Origin: a virus
IMG/VR virus record: IMGVR_UViG_3300040801_002290
Span: 64,001-128,000 of that record
Length of the DNA: 64,000 nucleotides
Reading direction: 5' to 3' (one strand)
The notes below the pieces were generated by a model. The model was not told where the DNA came from. It made no database searches and was given only the letters and a program-made list of their open reading frames with translations. The stretch's first letter is position 1. Each line of letters opens with the position of its first letter. A program made the position numbers and the translations under genes. This document shows, one piece after another, positions 46,828 to 55,931 of the stretch.

Positions 46828-49800
46828 AGTCGTCCCGCCTCTTCCTCTCTAATCCTCGGTCTGTATTGAGACATTCTCTTCAAGAAGGACATTGCTTCCT
46901 TCTCGTCAATATCATCTTCTTCCTCAGAAGCACCAGTAAGAACAGCGCCCCTGGTCTCAAGCTCCATCTTGCGCTTCTTCTGTTCTACTTCCCTCATATA
47001 TTGACATATACCATCTGGAACTACAACTGTTACCAGATTTTCTTGGCTGGGACTTCTATGGAATCTGCCCTCATACTGACCAGCCTTGGCTGAATTCCAT
47101 GTAGCAAGCCTAAAGCTTCTGGTAGAAGGAAGAGAAAGTCCGTAAAGTCCAGCGGAGGTAACGATAGTAATTACTGGTCTACCAGTTTCTGTCTGGTGCC
47201 TCTTCTGCTTCACGCTAACTTCTTCCGCTGGAGTGTCACCGTCAATAATCTGAATGACTGCCTTATCCCCGTATTTTTCTAGAAGCTTTCTATACACAGC
47301 GTTCATGGCAACCTTTGAGAACCCGGCCACACCAATTTTCGGAGGCTCTCCGGGAACTTGGTTAACAATCTCTGTCTCAATTCCATCTACAATAGAATCA
47401 AGAATTGGAGCATCCCACGAAAATACCGCTCTGTCCATAGCCGCTCTGGATGTTTCACTGAAAACAGCATTGTAGACAGCATTTCTTTCATTTACATCGC
47501 CCGACTTAGGCAAAATTCCTACACCAAATGACTCTTCGGTAACCTGGTTTCTGAATTCAAGCAATTCTTCACGGAATTTTACGTAGTCCTCTGGCTTTAG
47601 AATCTTAGACACTGAGTCCATCAATTCTCTCGCGCCCAAATCGTACTCTATAATTCTGGCTGGGCTCACAGCACCAAGCGAGGCTTGAGTTAGAACACTC
47701 ATTAGACCTAGAGCTTTTCTCATCTTCTTAGCTTCCGCTAGAGCCTGTAGCTTTCTTTCAGCGGCGAGATAAACTTTACCCCAGGTAGAACCCAACTCTG
47801 AGCCTATGTCAGTAGTTCTAGCAAGACCGTACTTATCTCCAGCGATTGTTTGTCCATCCAGAGTATAGATTTGCGGTCTAAACGTAGAAGTAAAGTCATT
47901 CATTCTTCTGACATCCTTCCAGATTCTTCGCCCCAAATCCTTAGATGCTCTAGTTTGCTGAGCATCGTGGTCCTTTTTAGTGTATTCATGCACCACAGTG
48001 TTGTAGTTATCCCTAACCAACTTATTTATAAAGGAAACCTCGGACACCGTATCACTAGCTGAGTTACCAGAAATATCACCGTTAAGGCTCCAGGTCAATC
48101 CTCCACCCTGATAAGTGGACTCAATAATCTCATGCAAAGCAGTATGTCTGGAGGAGCCTGGGTTTACGTATTGGCCCGACTCATCTATTACTATAGCGGA
48201 GACATGTCCCCCAGCTACGGGCTTTTCTCTATAAGAGCCCCCCAAGGCAAGAAGCTTCATGTACTGAGCATCTAACCCTAGCAAGTCTTCTTCCTCACCG
48301 GAGGTGTATCTGAACTTGGAGCTACCCAAAACAATCATGTTGGGTAGGTTACCAGTCTGGGCTCTGCTAATCAAATCTTCCCACTGGGCGGTGCGGGTCT
48401 CTCTGTCTCCATCAATGACAATAGCGTCTTCGTTTCTGAATTTAGCAATTTCGGACTGCCAAACATAAACATTCTTGTTTGGAGCAGTAACAATGGTTAC
48501 TTGCTCTCCAACCTTGAATCTACCTCTGTTTCTCATAATGGCGTCAGCGGCAGTTACGATAGCTGTCTTTCCAAGTCCGTAGGTAAAGTTTAGAAACTGA
48601 CCATGCCAACCCTGTGGTCCACCATAAATCTCATACTGAGACTCTTCGGTAAGTGCAAGTATTCCTGGACGCTGATAGTCAAACGGCTCCATAACGAAGT
48701 TTGCATAAAGTCCGTGCAAGTCATCCAGGGGAATCTTACCGGCCTCTTTTGAGATTTCATGTCGCCCGGTAACTTCGTTATACTCAGCCGTCATTGCCTT
48801 TATCTTCTTCATGTTCTCAGCGGCTAGTTTATACTTCTCTACGTACTCGGCACTTCTAGCCAGGTCCAGAGTCAGGCGTGTAGATGACATCTGATTAATC
48901 TCCATGTTGCCCTGGCCCGGAAGTGAAAACTTAAATCCGGAGGAAACATCTAAATTCTTTTCCGTCTGAACTACTCCACTCTCAAGACCTGTGATTAACT
49001 GAGGTGTCAACCCCGTGATAGAGGCATACATTTCTCTATCTGATTCATCAATGCCTAGGGTATCAAAAACATACCAAGAAAGTTTCTCGTACCCCTCGAT
49101 GGGCGGTGGCCAGTTCTCTGAGAGTAGTGCATACCCCGTAGTTGGAGAATACATAATTCTTCCGGGGGAAAGCGAGGTAGGTGTTGGGGCTTCTGGAACA
49201 ATTTCTTCTTCCCGTGGTTTCATTACCTCAGAAAGACGCTTACCAGATTGAGGCTTGAAATCAGTGTAATAGTACTCGCCTTCTTTTCTCTCTTCGTAAA
49301 CCTTCTCGTCTGCTCCGGGGTGGTATTCCTGAACATACATGTCCATATTTTCTTTGTCGGATTGGCGTTCTTCCGGAGACATATTTTCATAGGGGTTTTC
49401 TACTAAAGTCCAATCGGCATCTTCTTTGTCGATATTAGCGTTTATCCAACCACCAGCGGCGATAGTCCTTCCGTCTGTATGGACGGCTATATACCCTGTA
49501 GGCACACGCCTCACGATTCTTTCGCCCTGAGCATTATTATAAATATCACTAGCGGACTTGGTTACAAGAAAACCTAAGTCTAAAAGATTAATGGATTTAT
49601 GGGTTTCGTTGACAAAGCGGCAGTTATACCCCTTCCAAGAAAGAATCTCTGGCAATGCCTCTAAAAACTCTATTGTGTTCGGATAGACAACCAAAACACC
49701 ATCAGCAAAGAAGTTGGGACCAAAGCGGCCCGGAGCAAGAATGTACGCTTCGGTTGACATTAACCGCTCTATATGCTGCTTCATCTTTACATTGTCGCTA

Positions 49801-49901
49801 TAGACAGAGGTAGTAACAGTACCATCCATCTGATTGTATGGAACAATCTCGGCGGTACTCTTATCCATTGAATCGTTTATTAGGCTGACTTTATAGTACA
49901 T
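46824..49901 (-). CDS. Diverged SNF2-family (SF2) helicase/ATPase
   Basis: 'LNFTYGLGKT', 'VTAP..NV..W..EI.KF', 'IDESG', 'IIDGDTP', 'TSAGLYGLSL', 'QYEGRFHR'. Confidence 0.8.
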   Translation of the reverse strand: MYYKVSLINDSMDKSTAEIVPYNQMDGTVTTSVYSDNVKMKQHIERLMSTEAYILAPGRFGPNFFADGVLVVYPNTIEFLEALPEILSWKGYNCRFVNETHKSINLLDLGFLVTKSASDIYNNAQGERIVRRVPTGYIAVHTDGRTIAAGGWINANIDKEDADWTLVENPYENMSPEERQSDKENMDMYVQEYHPGADEKVYEERKEGEYYYTDFKPQSGKRLSEVMKPREEEIVPEAPTPTSLSPGRIMYSPTTGYALLSENWPPPIEGYEKLSWYVFDTLGIDESDREMYASITGLTPQLITGLESGVVQTEKNLDVSSGFKFSLPGQGNMEINQMSSTRLTLDLARSAEYVEKYKLAAENMKKIKAMTAEYNEVTGRHEISKEAGKIPLDDLHGLYANFVMEPFDYQRPGILALTEESQYEIYGGPQGWHGQFLNFTYGLGKTAIVTAADAIMRNRGRFKVGEQVTIVTAPNKNVYVWQSEIAKFRNEDAIVIDGDRETRTAQWEDLISRAQTGNLPNMIVLGSSKFRYTSGEEEDLLGLDAQYMKLLALGGSYREKPVAGGHVSAIVIDESGQYVNPGSSRHTALHEIIESTYQGGGLTWSLNGDISGNSASDTVSEVSFINKLVRDNYNTVVHEYTKKDHDAQQTRASKDLGRRIWKDVRRMNDFTSTFRPQIYTLDGQTIAGDKYGLARTTDIGSELGSTWGKVYLAAERKLQALAEAKKMRKALGLMSVLTQASLGAVSPARIIEYDLGARELMDSVSKILKPEDYVKFREELLEFRNQVTEESFGVGILPKSGDVNERNAVYNAVFSETSRAAMDRAVFSWDAPILDSIVDGIETEIVNQVPGEPPKIGVAGFSKVAMNAVYRKLLEKYGDKAVIQIIDGDTPAEEVSVKQKRHQTETGRPVITIVTSAGLYGLSLPSTRSFRLATWNSAKAGQYEGRFHRSPSQENLVTVVVPDGICQYMREVEQKKRKMELETRGAVLTGASEEEDDIDEKEAMSFLKRMSQYRPRIREEEAGRL

Positions 49902-50796
49902 GTCCGTAGTCCTTAAGTATACCTTCGATTAGGTCCAACTTCTCAGGAAAAGCTCTTTCAAGATACTTTTGATTGGTGAAGTAAAGAGCGAATAACTCAG
50001 CGAAGTCATCCATTGGTGTGAACTTACTAGCCTCGGTCTTTACCCTTTTCCCCAGACCGCGCTTCCAAACAGTCTCTTCGTTTACGTACTCAAGATAACC
50101 AGCCTGAGTGTTCTCATTAGATTCATGCTTAGACCAACCACTGAATTCTAGTAAAGAGCCTAACTGCTTTATCTTACCATCATGCATGAGTCTTGCAAAC
50201 ATTAGGTGTCCAAGGGAATGAAAAACAGAGTAAGCTGCAACACTAAGTCCCTGGTCTAGCCCTGGAATTTTCCCTATTAGAGGGGCAGAGACATACTTAT
50301 AAAAACTAGGGTAGACTATCAGCTTTCCGGTAAATCCGTTTCCGGAGGTGTACTGAGCCTTGATTACGGTTTCTCCGTAAATAGACAAAGCATCCTGTTC
50401 TTCCCTAGTACCAGCATCCACATAAGATAGACCCAAAGACTTTATGAAACTATCTCTTCCATCAAGAACATCTACCAAGACGGCTGATGAATATTTAGGA
50501 ACATTGGAGTTGATGTGAACCCCGGAAATTTCTGGAGTCCAAGCTTCCAGCCTCTTCTCGTCAACATTTCCTGCATCATCATAAATAGGTAGTTTTTTAG
50601 ACACAAGTCCAGCATTGTCAGCCTGAGCCAAAGAAAGGCTTGACAATTCGTCCATTGTAGGGGCGAACTGACCACCACGGTACACACCGCCGCCCGGTGT
50701 GGGGTCTCCAGGCATAATAGGAGAACCTGGTTCTCCAATTCTGGTTCTAAGAAGCCTTTTGTCAATTTTACCAGTTTCAGGCATCTTTATCTCCAA
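49891..50796 (-). CDS. Zincin-like metallopeptidase-fold protein, catalytic Glu absent
   Basis: 'VFHSLGH' at the HExxH position plus downstream 'DDFAELFALY'; N-terminal 'GGQFAP'. Confidence 0.55.
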   Translation of the reverse strand: MEIKMPETGKIDKRLLRTRIGEPGSPIMPGDPTPGGGVYRGGQFAPTMDELSSLSLAQADNAGLVSKKLPIYDDAGNVDEKRLEAWTPEISGVHINSNVPKYSSAVLVDVLDGRDSFIKSLGLSYVDAGTREEQDALSIYGETVIKAQYTSGNGFTGKLIVYPSFYKYVSAPLIGKIPGLDQGLSVAAYSVFHSLGHLMFARLMHDGKIKQLGSLLEFSGWSKHESNENTQAGYLEYVNEETVWKRGLGKRVKTEASKFTPMDDFAELFALYFTNQKYLERAFPEKLDLIEGILKDYGHVL

Positions 50797-51124
50797 AGCT
50801 GGAAAGAACGTCGTATAGAGTTTTCTCTGCGTTTGGAATCTTCATATTCACAGAGGAAATCTTTTCCTGAAAGTATTTAGCTAAGGACTTTGCGTCGTTG
50901 TCATTGTACACCCTGACATCTCCAAGCCCTAGGTTAGAAAATAATAAATTCTTAGAACCGTCGATTATATCGTCCAGAGAAAAGTTATGAAGAATAGGAG
51001 TGTACCCATCGCTCTTTCTGAGTACATAGGTAACCTCTCCGTCTGAAACGTAAATTTCCTTAAGCTCAAACTTATTGTCTTGATTATACATAACACGAGA
51101 AGATATCTTTAGCATTTCATTCAC
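50777..51124 (-). CDS. Hypothetical protein
   Basis: Overlap-coupled ORF within the cluster. Confidence 0.65.
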   Translation of the reverse strand: MNEMLKISSRVMYNQDNKFELKEIYVSDGEVTYVLRKSDGYTPILHNFSLDDIIDGSKNLLFSNLGLGDVRVYNDNDAKSLAKYFQEKISSVNMKIPNAEKTLYDVLSSFGDKDA

Positions 51125-52605
51125 CCCACGATAATCTTTCTGGCTTTTTCAAAATACCGCTTGATACCTTCAAACTGGTATGGGTAAGAGGACAGGTCCA
51201 AGTTGTAAGAAGCTATCTTAGTTTTAACATTCTCTGGGACAGAGTTTATCATTGAGGAGAGAACCTCTGGATTAGTCACAGAAAAGAAGGTTTGAAAGGA
51301 CTCGGGCGAAAGCTCTCCAAATTCTCCTAGAGAAAGTGTGTCCAATACACCTTCATCCATCGTAAAGTAATCTAGAGAGTGGTTACTGAAAACCTTTCCG
51401 GAAACACTATCCACAGAGAATGAGGACGGGCTGAACCACATGTTTCCAAGAAGAAGTCCGTCTATAACAACCAATGTTGAGATACTAGCCATCAGGTTGG
51501 AAGAAAAACCAGAGGAACGCTTTGATGAAAACACTCTATTAATAATGTCAAGAGTTTCACTAAACGTAGCATCTGAAAATTCAGCCGGGTAAAGTTCTGT
51601 CATCAATGCAATTGTGTTCCTAAAGTCCTTTATTTCTACGACCTCAGGGAAAACTACTTTGGTGCCTTGCAATAAGTCCATCTTTACTTTAGCGGCTATA
51701 GAGGAAAGTAAGTACTTGTTAACCATGTAAGGCTTGTTTACATCATCCTCTACAGCCTTCATGCTATAGCGAGTTTCGCCCTTCTCAAAAATTGCTTTTT
51801 CTGAGAATGGGAAGGTTAGCTGGCTGGAAAGTCTATAGCCCTCTTTGTAAATATCTACCATAGAAACACCGTCAATTATGGTGTTATACCGGGAGGACTT
51901 TTTAAGTATTCTTCTTAGGGCGTTGTAATTGATTACATAACCCGCAAATTTATCATCAGAAACTCTGGCCAAAAGAACGTCTAGGTTTCCAGTTGCAGCT
52001 AAAGAGTCTGCATCGTGACCAAGTGTTTTTGCAAGGGCGGAAATCTTAGAAGCAACTCCGTCTTCTAAGAAAACATGGGCAGAAGATTCATCAAATGAGA
52101 GGGTGGCAACCTCTTTAAATAAAGGAGCCCTACCCGTCATCTCAATAATTCTCTGTAAGTCTCCGTTTACCAACCAGTACTGGTTTGCTTCCTTCCTTAT
52201 TTGCCATCCCTTTAGAATCATCTGCTCTGAGTAAAGAACAATTTCCTTATCTGTCTTGCCATCTAAGTCCTTGTCCTTAAGGTAGTGAAAAATTCCCATA
52301 TGATTCTCAGAACCGAAAATGTTTTCTAAAAGAGCTTGTCTATATCTACTAGCATACCCTAGAGTAAGTAATTTGGAAGCAACATAGGGCTGTAGTATCT
52401 CTTCCAAACTGTCGCTATACAAAGCTACAAACTCCTCTGTAACTATATCTGGTAGAGGAGCTAGCCTATTGGGGTCTCCAAGAGTAGCATAGACAATCTG
52501 CTTCTTTTGGGCCTTTTTGGGTTTGGAGTTTTTAGCCCTCGGTGAACTCTTCGTCACAGTTGGCTTAATGTTATCAAGTATTTTGGAAAAGTCTAACTTT
52601 AGCAT
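51121..52605 (-). CDS. Protein with degenerate HipA/PI3-4-kinase-like C-terminal domain
   Basis: 'YSMK......MVNKYLLSSIA...FPEV' and 'IDGLLLGN......VD...GKV..NHSL..F'. ATG at 52605 with SD AGAGGA; the track's TTG start lies in the promoter. Confidence 0.5.
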   Translation of the reverse strand: MLKLDFSKILDNIKPTVTKSSPRAKNSKPKKAQKKQIVYATLGDPNRLAPLPDIVTEEFVALYSDSLEEILQPYVASKLLTLGYASRYRQALLENIFGSENHMGIFHYLKDKDLDGKTDKEIVLYSEQMILKGWQIRKEANQYWLVNGDLQRIIEMTGRAPLFKEVATLSFDESSAHVFLEDGVASKISALAKTLGHDADSLAATGNLDVLLARVSDDKFAGYVINYNALRRILKKSSRYNTIIDGVSMVDIYKEGYRLSSQLTFPFSEKAIFEKGETRYSMKAVEDDVNKPYMVNKYLLSSIAAKVKMDLLQGTKVVFPEVVEIKDFRNTIALMTELYPAEFSDATFSETLDIINRVFSSKRSSGFSSNLMASISTLVVIDGLLLGNMWFSPSSFSVDSVSGKVFSNHSLDYFTMDEGVLDTLSLGEFGELSPESFQTFFSVTNPEVLSSMINSVPENVKTKIASYNLDLSSYPYQFEGIKRYFEKARKIIVG

Positions 52606-52623
52606 GTGTTGTCCTCTTTGAGG

Positions 52624-52653
52624 ATTATACCACAGAACTTTAGCGGAGTCCAA
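52624..52653 (-). promoter_or_regulatory. sigma70-like promoter
   Basis: TTGGAC-18-TATAAT with TGTGG extended -10. Confidence 0.7.
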
Positions 52654-52655
52654 AG

Positions 52656-52684
52656 AAAAAGCGGGATTGAAGCCCCGCTTTTAT
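52656..52684 (-). terminator. Terminator (possibly bidirectional)
   Basis: AAAAGCGGG-attgaagc-CCCGCTTTT flanked by A/T tracts. Confidence 0.8.
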
Positions 52685-52702
52685 TATAGACTTTAATTTA
52701 TT

Positions 52703-54688
52703 TTATGCCTTATCAGCATCTACAAACTTGCCCTCAGCAGTGACCGTGGTTCCCCTCTTCGGGTGACCTGGTTCGTTTGCGTATTCTTTAGAAGTAAGAA
52801 TTGTATGGGGTGCCTTTTCCTTCATAGCCTTGCCCTGGGCATCAAGAGAATCCTTTCTCTTTTTGTCATCAGGCCAACTGCCAACGTCCGGGTTGTAGCC
52901 TTTTAGAACATCCTCTACAATTTCTGAAACAGACTTCTTGCTATCGTCAAGTGTGGAAAGTACGCCAGAAACGATGTCAAGCATAACGGACTTTAGACTT
53001 TCTCCCGAAAGAATCGCCGCTCTTACCTTGCTGCTAGACTTCTCTTCCTTAGGCTTTGCTTCCTTCTTTTCCTTACTAGCCAGGTACTTATCCTCTCGGT
53101 TAATTACCTTATCTTCCCAGAACTTGGACTTCAATACTTCCTGAACAATGTCTGAGACAATGGACTTAGCTACCTTCTTTACCTTTGGAGTTTGTGGAGA
53201 GTCGTCGGAGTAATCATCGTCGTCGTTATCGTCATCGTCCTTTCCTCCCCAATGGCTGTCGAAGTATGCTCTACCATAAATTCCGCTATCCCCAGGAATT
53301 CCACCACCGGAATTCTTATCATACGCTTTTCGTAATTCCTTCTGGCTCTCTTCTGAGTCTGCAAAACCAGAGCCATCAGAGCCGTGAGAGTGAGGTGGTT
53401 GAACCATAGATTCGCCCTTTGGACCCTTGTATCTGTGGGCTAGTACTGTGGCTGGGTTTTTTCCTGCTGCATCAAGTTGCTCATCCATGTGCTTGGTTGG
53501 GTTCTTAACATCGTGAACAACCGTGTCCTTGGGCATTAGTTTCTTGTCCCCACGAAGAGTGTCCTTCTTGGGGTTGTACTTAGCTCCCTTCACAACACGG
53601 TTTCCGAAAGCACCAACAGCCTCTCGCTGAGGAATTTCGTCAACGATAAAGCGCATTCTAGGACCAAACTCTCTTCTCTCTGAGGTTGTGGTGGGACGAA
53701 CCTTATAAAGACTAGGGTCTGGGTTGTTCCAAGCGCGTGCCTCACTTAGGGACTTAAAAACAATTCCCTTCTTAGTGCCGTGCTTCTTGTCCCAGTTTCT
53801 TGCTGCTTCTGCATCAGTTTTTCCATAATCTAAAGCCGCATCACTCATGCCACCAACCTGTCTCTTTGGCTTCTTGGCATTGAATTCAGCATCGCTCATT
53901 TCTTCTAGCTCTCTGTCCTTTGCGGCGTGGTAATCATAATCCGCTTTCTCGTAGTCAGCGTCTGAAAAAGCCTTTTTAGCGTCTTCCTCCTTAAGGTCTT
54001 CTTTCAGGGGCTTGTTTGTAGCTACTGCATTGTCAATTTCGGCTGCTCTTGCGCCCTGAGGAGCAAACTCACCAAACTTATCGTAATGGTCCTGATAGGG
54101 GTTGGTCTTTGGCATTTTAATGCGAGCCTTCATAGTGTCTGGCTCTTCTGCGGACTTCTTGGTGTCCTTACCCTTACCCTTCATCTTCTTTGCTTTTTCA
54201 TCTACCATTTTTCCAGCGGCGTCATCGTCACCCTTTTCTGGTTTTGATGTGCCCTGAACATCGTCATCCATCTTTGTTTCTTTCGGGGAGAGGTTCTTCT
54301 TGATAGTCTCTCTGACTGACTTGGACACAAGCTCATTGATAGGCAAGTCACTTCCAGAGGACAATTCTTCAATAACCTGTTGAACAATAATGGAAGCTAA
54401 TTTTCTGCCGTGCTTCTTGTCATCCCAGTCCTTAGGGTCAATACCATCAGCGTTTTCAAGCTTTTCTTTCATTGGGGCATTTTTCCCGCTGTGCCCTGGG
54501 TGAGTTCTGGATGGGATTGAATAAGGCTCCTTGGGAACAGTAGATACTGGACGGCCCTCTGAAATAGCTTCATGGGTGGCGTCCATATCCCCCTTTTCAT
54601 AGTCAGGTTTGGCGACGTAACCAGCCAGCTTTACGTCTTCTGACTGTAGAGCCTCTAATAGACTAGTTTTAAGAGCTTCGTAGTCCAT
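52703..54688 (-). CDS. Highly charged, low-complexity putative prohead core protein
   Basis: 661 aa, K/D/E-rich, many xxKS motifs; SD GGGAGG. Confidence 0.75.
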   Translation of the reverse strand: MDYEALKTSLLEALQSEDVKLAGYVAKPDYEKGDMDATHEAISEGRPVSTVPKEPYSIPSRTHPGHSGKNAPMKEKLENADGIDPKDWDDKKHGRKLASIIVQQVIEELSSGSDLPINELVSKSVRETIKKNLSPKETKMDDDVQGTSKPEKGDDDAAGKMVDEKAKKMKGKGKDTKKSAEEPDTMKARIKMPKTNPYQDHYDKFGEFAPQGARAAEIDNAVATNKPLKEDLKEEDAKKAFSDADYEKADYDYHAAKDRELEEMSDAEFNAKKPKRQVGGMSDAALDYGKTDAEAARNWDKKHGTKKGIVFKSLSEARAWNNPDPSLYKVRPTTTSERREFGPRMRFIVDEIPQREAVGAFGNRVVKGAKYNPKKDTLRGDKKLMPKDTVVHDVKNPTKHMDEQLDAAGKNPATVLAHRYKGPKGESMVQPPHSHGSDGSGFADSEESQKELRKAYDKNSGGGIPGDSGIYGRAYFDSHWGGKDDDDNDDDDYSDDSPQTPKVKKVAKSIVSDIVQEVLKSKFWEDKVINREDKYLASKEKKEAKPKEEKSSSKVRAAILSGESLKSVMLDIVSGVLSTLDDSKKSVSEIVEDVLKGYNPDVGSWPDDKKRKDSLDAQGKAMKEKAPHTILTSKEYANEPGHPKRGTTVTAEGKFVDADKA

Positions 54689-55914
54689 TATTCCTCCCTT
54701 GCAGGAAGTAAGTCTTCTACTACCTCGTCAATGATGGACTTTAGAATCTGCTCGTCGTCCAACATGCTCTTTAGTGCGTCTACTTTCTTAGCCCTGGCTT
54801 CTACGGCATCGGTGCCACCGTCATCGGACACAGACTCTGGAGCGGTAAGCCCCTGAGTCCTCTTATCGGCTTCGGTGGAAGTAGCAGACTTTAGAGAGTG
54901 TTCGTACCACTCAAAGCGTCCACGAACTACGTACTTAGCGTCTTCACCAAAAAGCTTTCTTTCGCTTTCTGAAACAGGAGCCACCTGGTAAACACCGATA
55001 TCTGGGTTCTTCCAAGCACGGGCTTCATCTACTGACTTGAAGGTCATGTACATGTAATCATCGGCGTCTTCAACGCTCTTACGGGCAGTATTTCCGGGCT
55101 GGGCTAGAACTTCCTTACCTGAGTTATGGTCAGCTTCGTGAGTTGCAGAGTCAACTGCCTCGTCACTTACTGCCTCGCCGTCCATTTCTGGGTCGCGTAC
55201 ATCTGCGGCGGGGGCGTCATGCTCAAACCCGGCCTTAGCTTCTGCGTCAGAAATTGCCTCGTTGTCCCTTAGGGCATGTCCAAAGTCAGCGTTTTCAGTA
55301 GCTTCACCCATTGAGGCGAGAGCTTCTGAATCCTCAAGAGCCTTCATTACCGTCTCTAGGGACTTGATAACCATTTCCGCGTCGGTACTTACTTCACCAT
55401 CGAAATCGTAGGTGTATTCTCCAGCGGACTTTAGGGCGTCCTTCAAAGCTGAGGAAATGTAGTCCTTAACCATCTTATGCCACTTCTCAGTTAGGCACGG
55501 TCCAAAGGAGTCTACTTCCATGTAACCCTTGTCCATCATTACCTTGATAATTTCTCCAACGTCGCTCTTCTTTAGAACATTAACAACGGGGGACAAATCT
55601 TCTTCCATGATAACGTGGCTAGCACTTGGCATTGGGTTAACCGGTGGCAACCCAAGCGGGTCCATGAGGCTACCGTAGGACTTTAGTGTTTCAGTATCTA
55701 CAACCTTGGCATTTGGGTACTTAGAACGCATGAGACGAGCCCAGTCTTCCGCACCAGCAGAAGTCCTCATGCTCTTTAGGACTATAGCTTTCTTCGTCAT
55801 TTTAACTCCTTTTTTGGCCTTTTTGATGGAAGCCTGACAAATAGCCCAAGCGGAGGATTCATCGTGACCCTCGTCCATGAGCTTCTTGACGCATCTGTCT
55901 AGTTTTTCTGGCAT
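54688..55914 (-). CDS. Putative prohead core protein
   Basis: N-terminal 'MPEKLDRCVKKLM..G..ESSAWAICQ' small domain; ten KS motifs; acidic. Confidence 0.75.
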   Translation of the reverse strand: MPEKLDRCVKKLMDEGHDESSAWAICQASIKKAKKGVKMTKKAIVLKSMRTSAGAEDWARLMRSKYPNAKVVDTETLKSYGSLMDPLGLPPVNPMPSASHVIMEEDLSPVVNVLKKSDVGEIIKVMMDKGYMEVDSFGPCLTEKWHKMVKDYISSALKDALKSAGEYTYDFDGEVSTDAEMVIKSLETVMKALEDSEALASMGEATENADFGHALRDNEAISDAEAKAGFEHDAPAADVRDPEMDGEAVSDEAVDSATHEADHNSGKEVLAQPGNTARKSVEDADDYMYMTFKSVDEARAWKNPDIGVYQVAPVSESERKLFGEDAKYVVRGRFEWYEHSLKSATSTEADKRTQGLTAPESVSDDGGTDAVEARAKKVDALKSMLDDEQILKSIIDEVVEDLLPAREE

Positions 55915-55931
55915 ATTTAACACCTGTGGAC

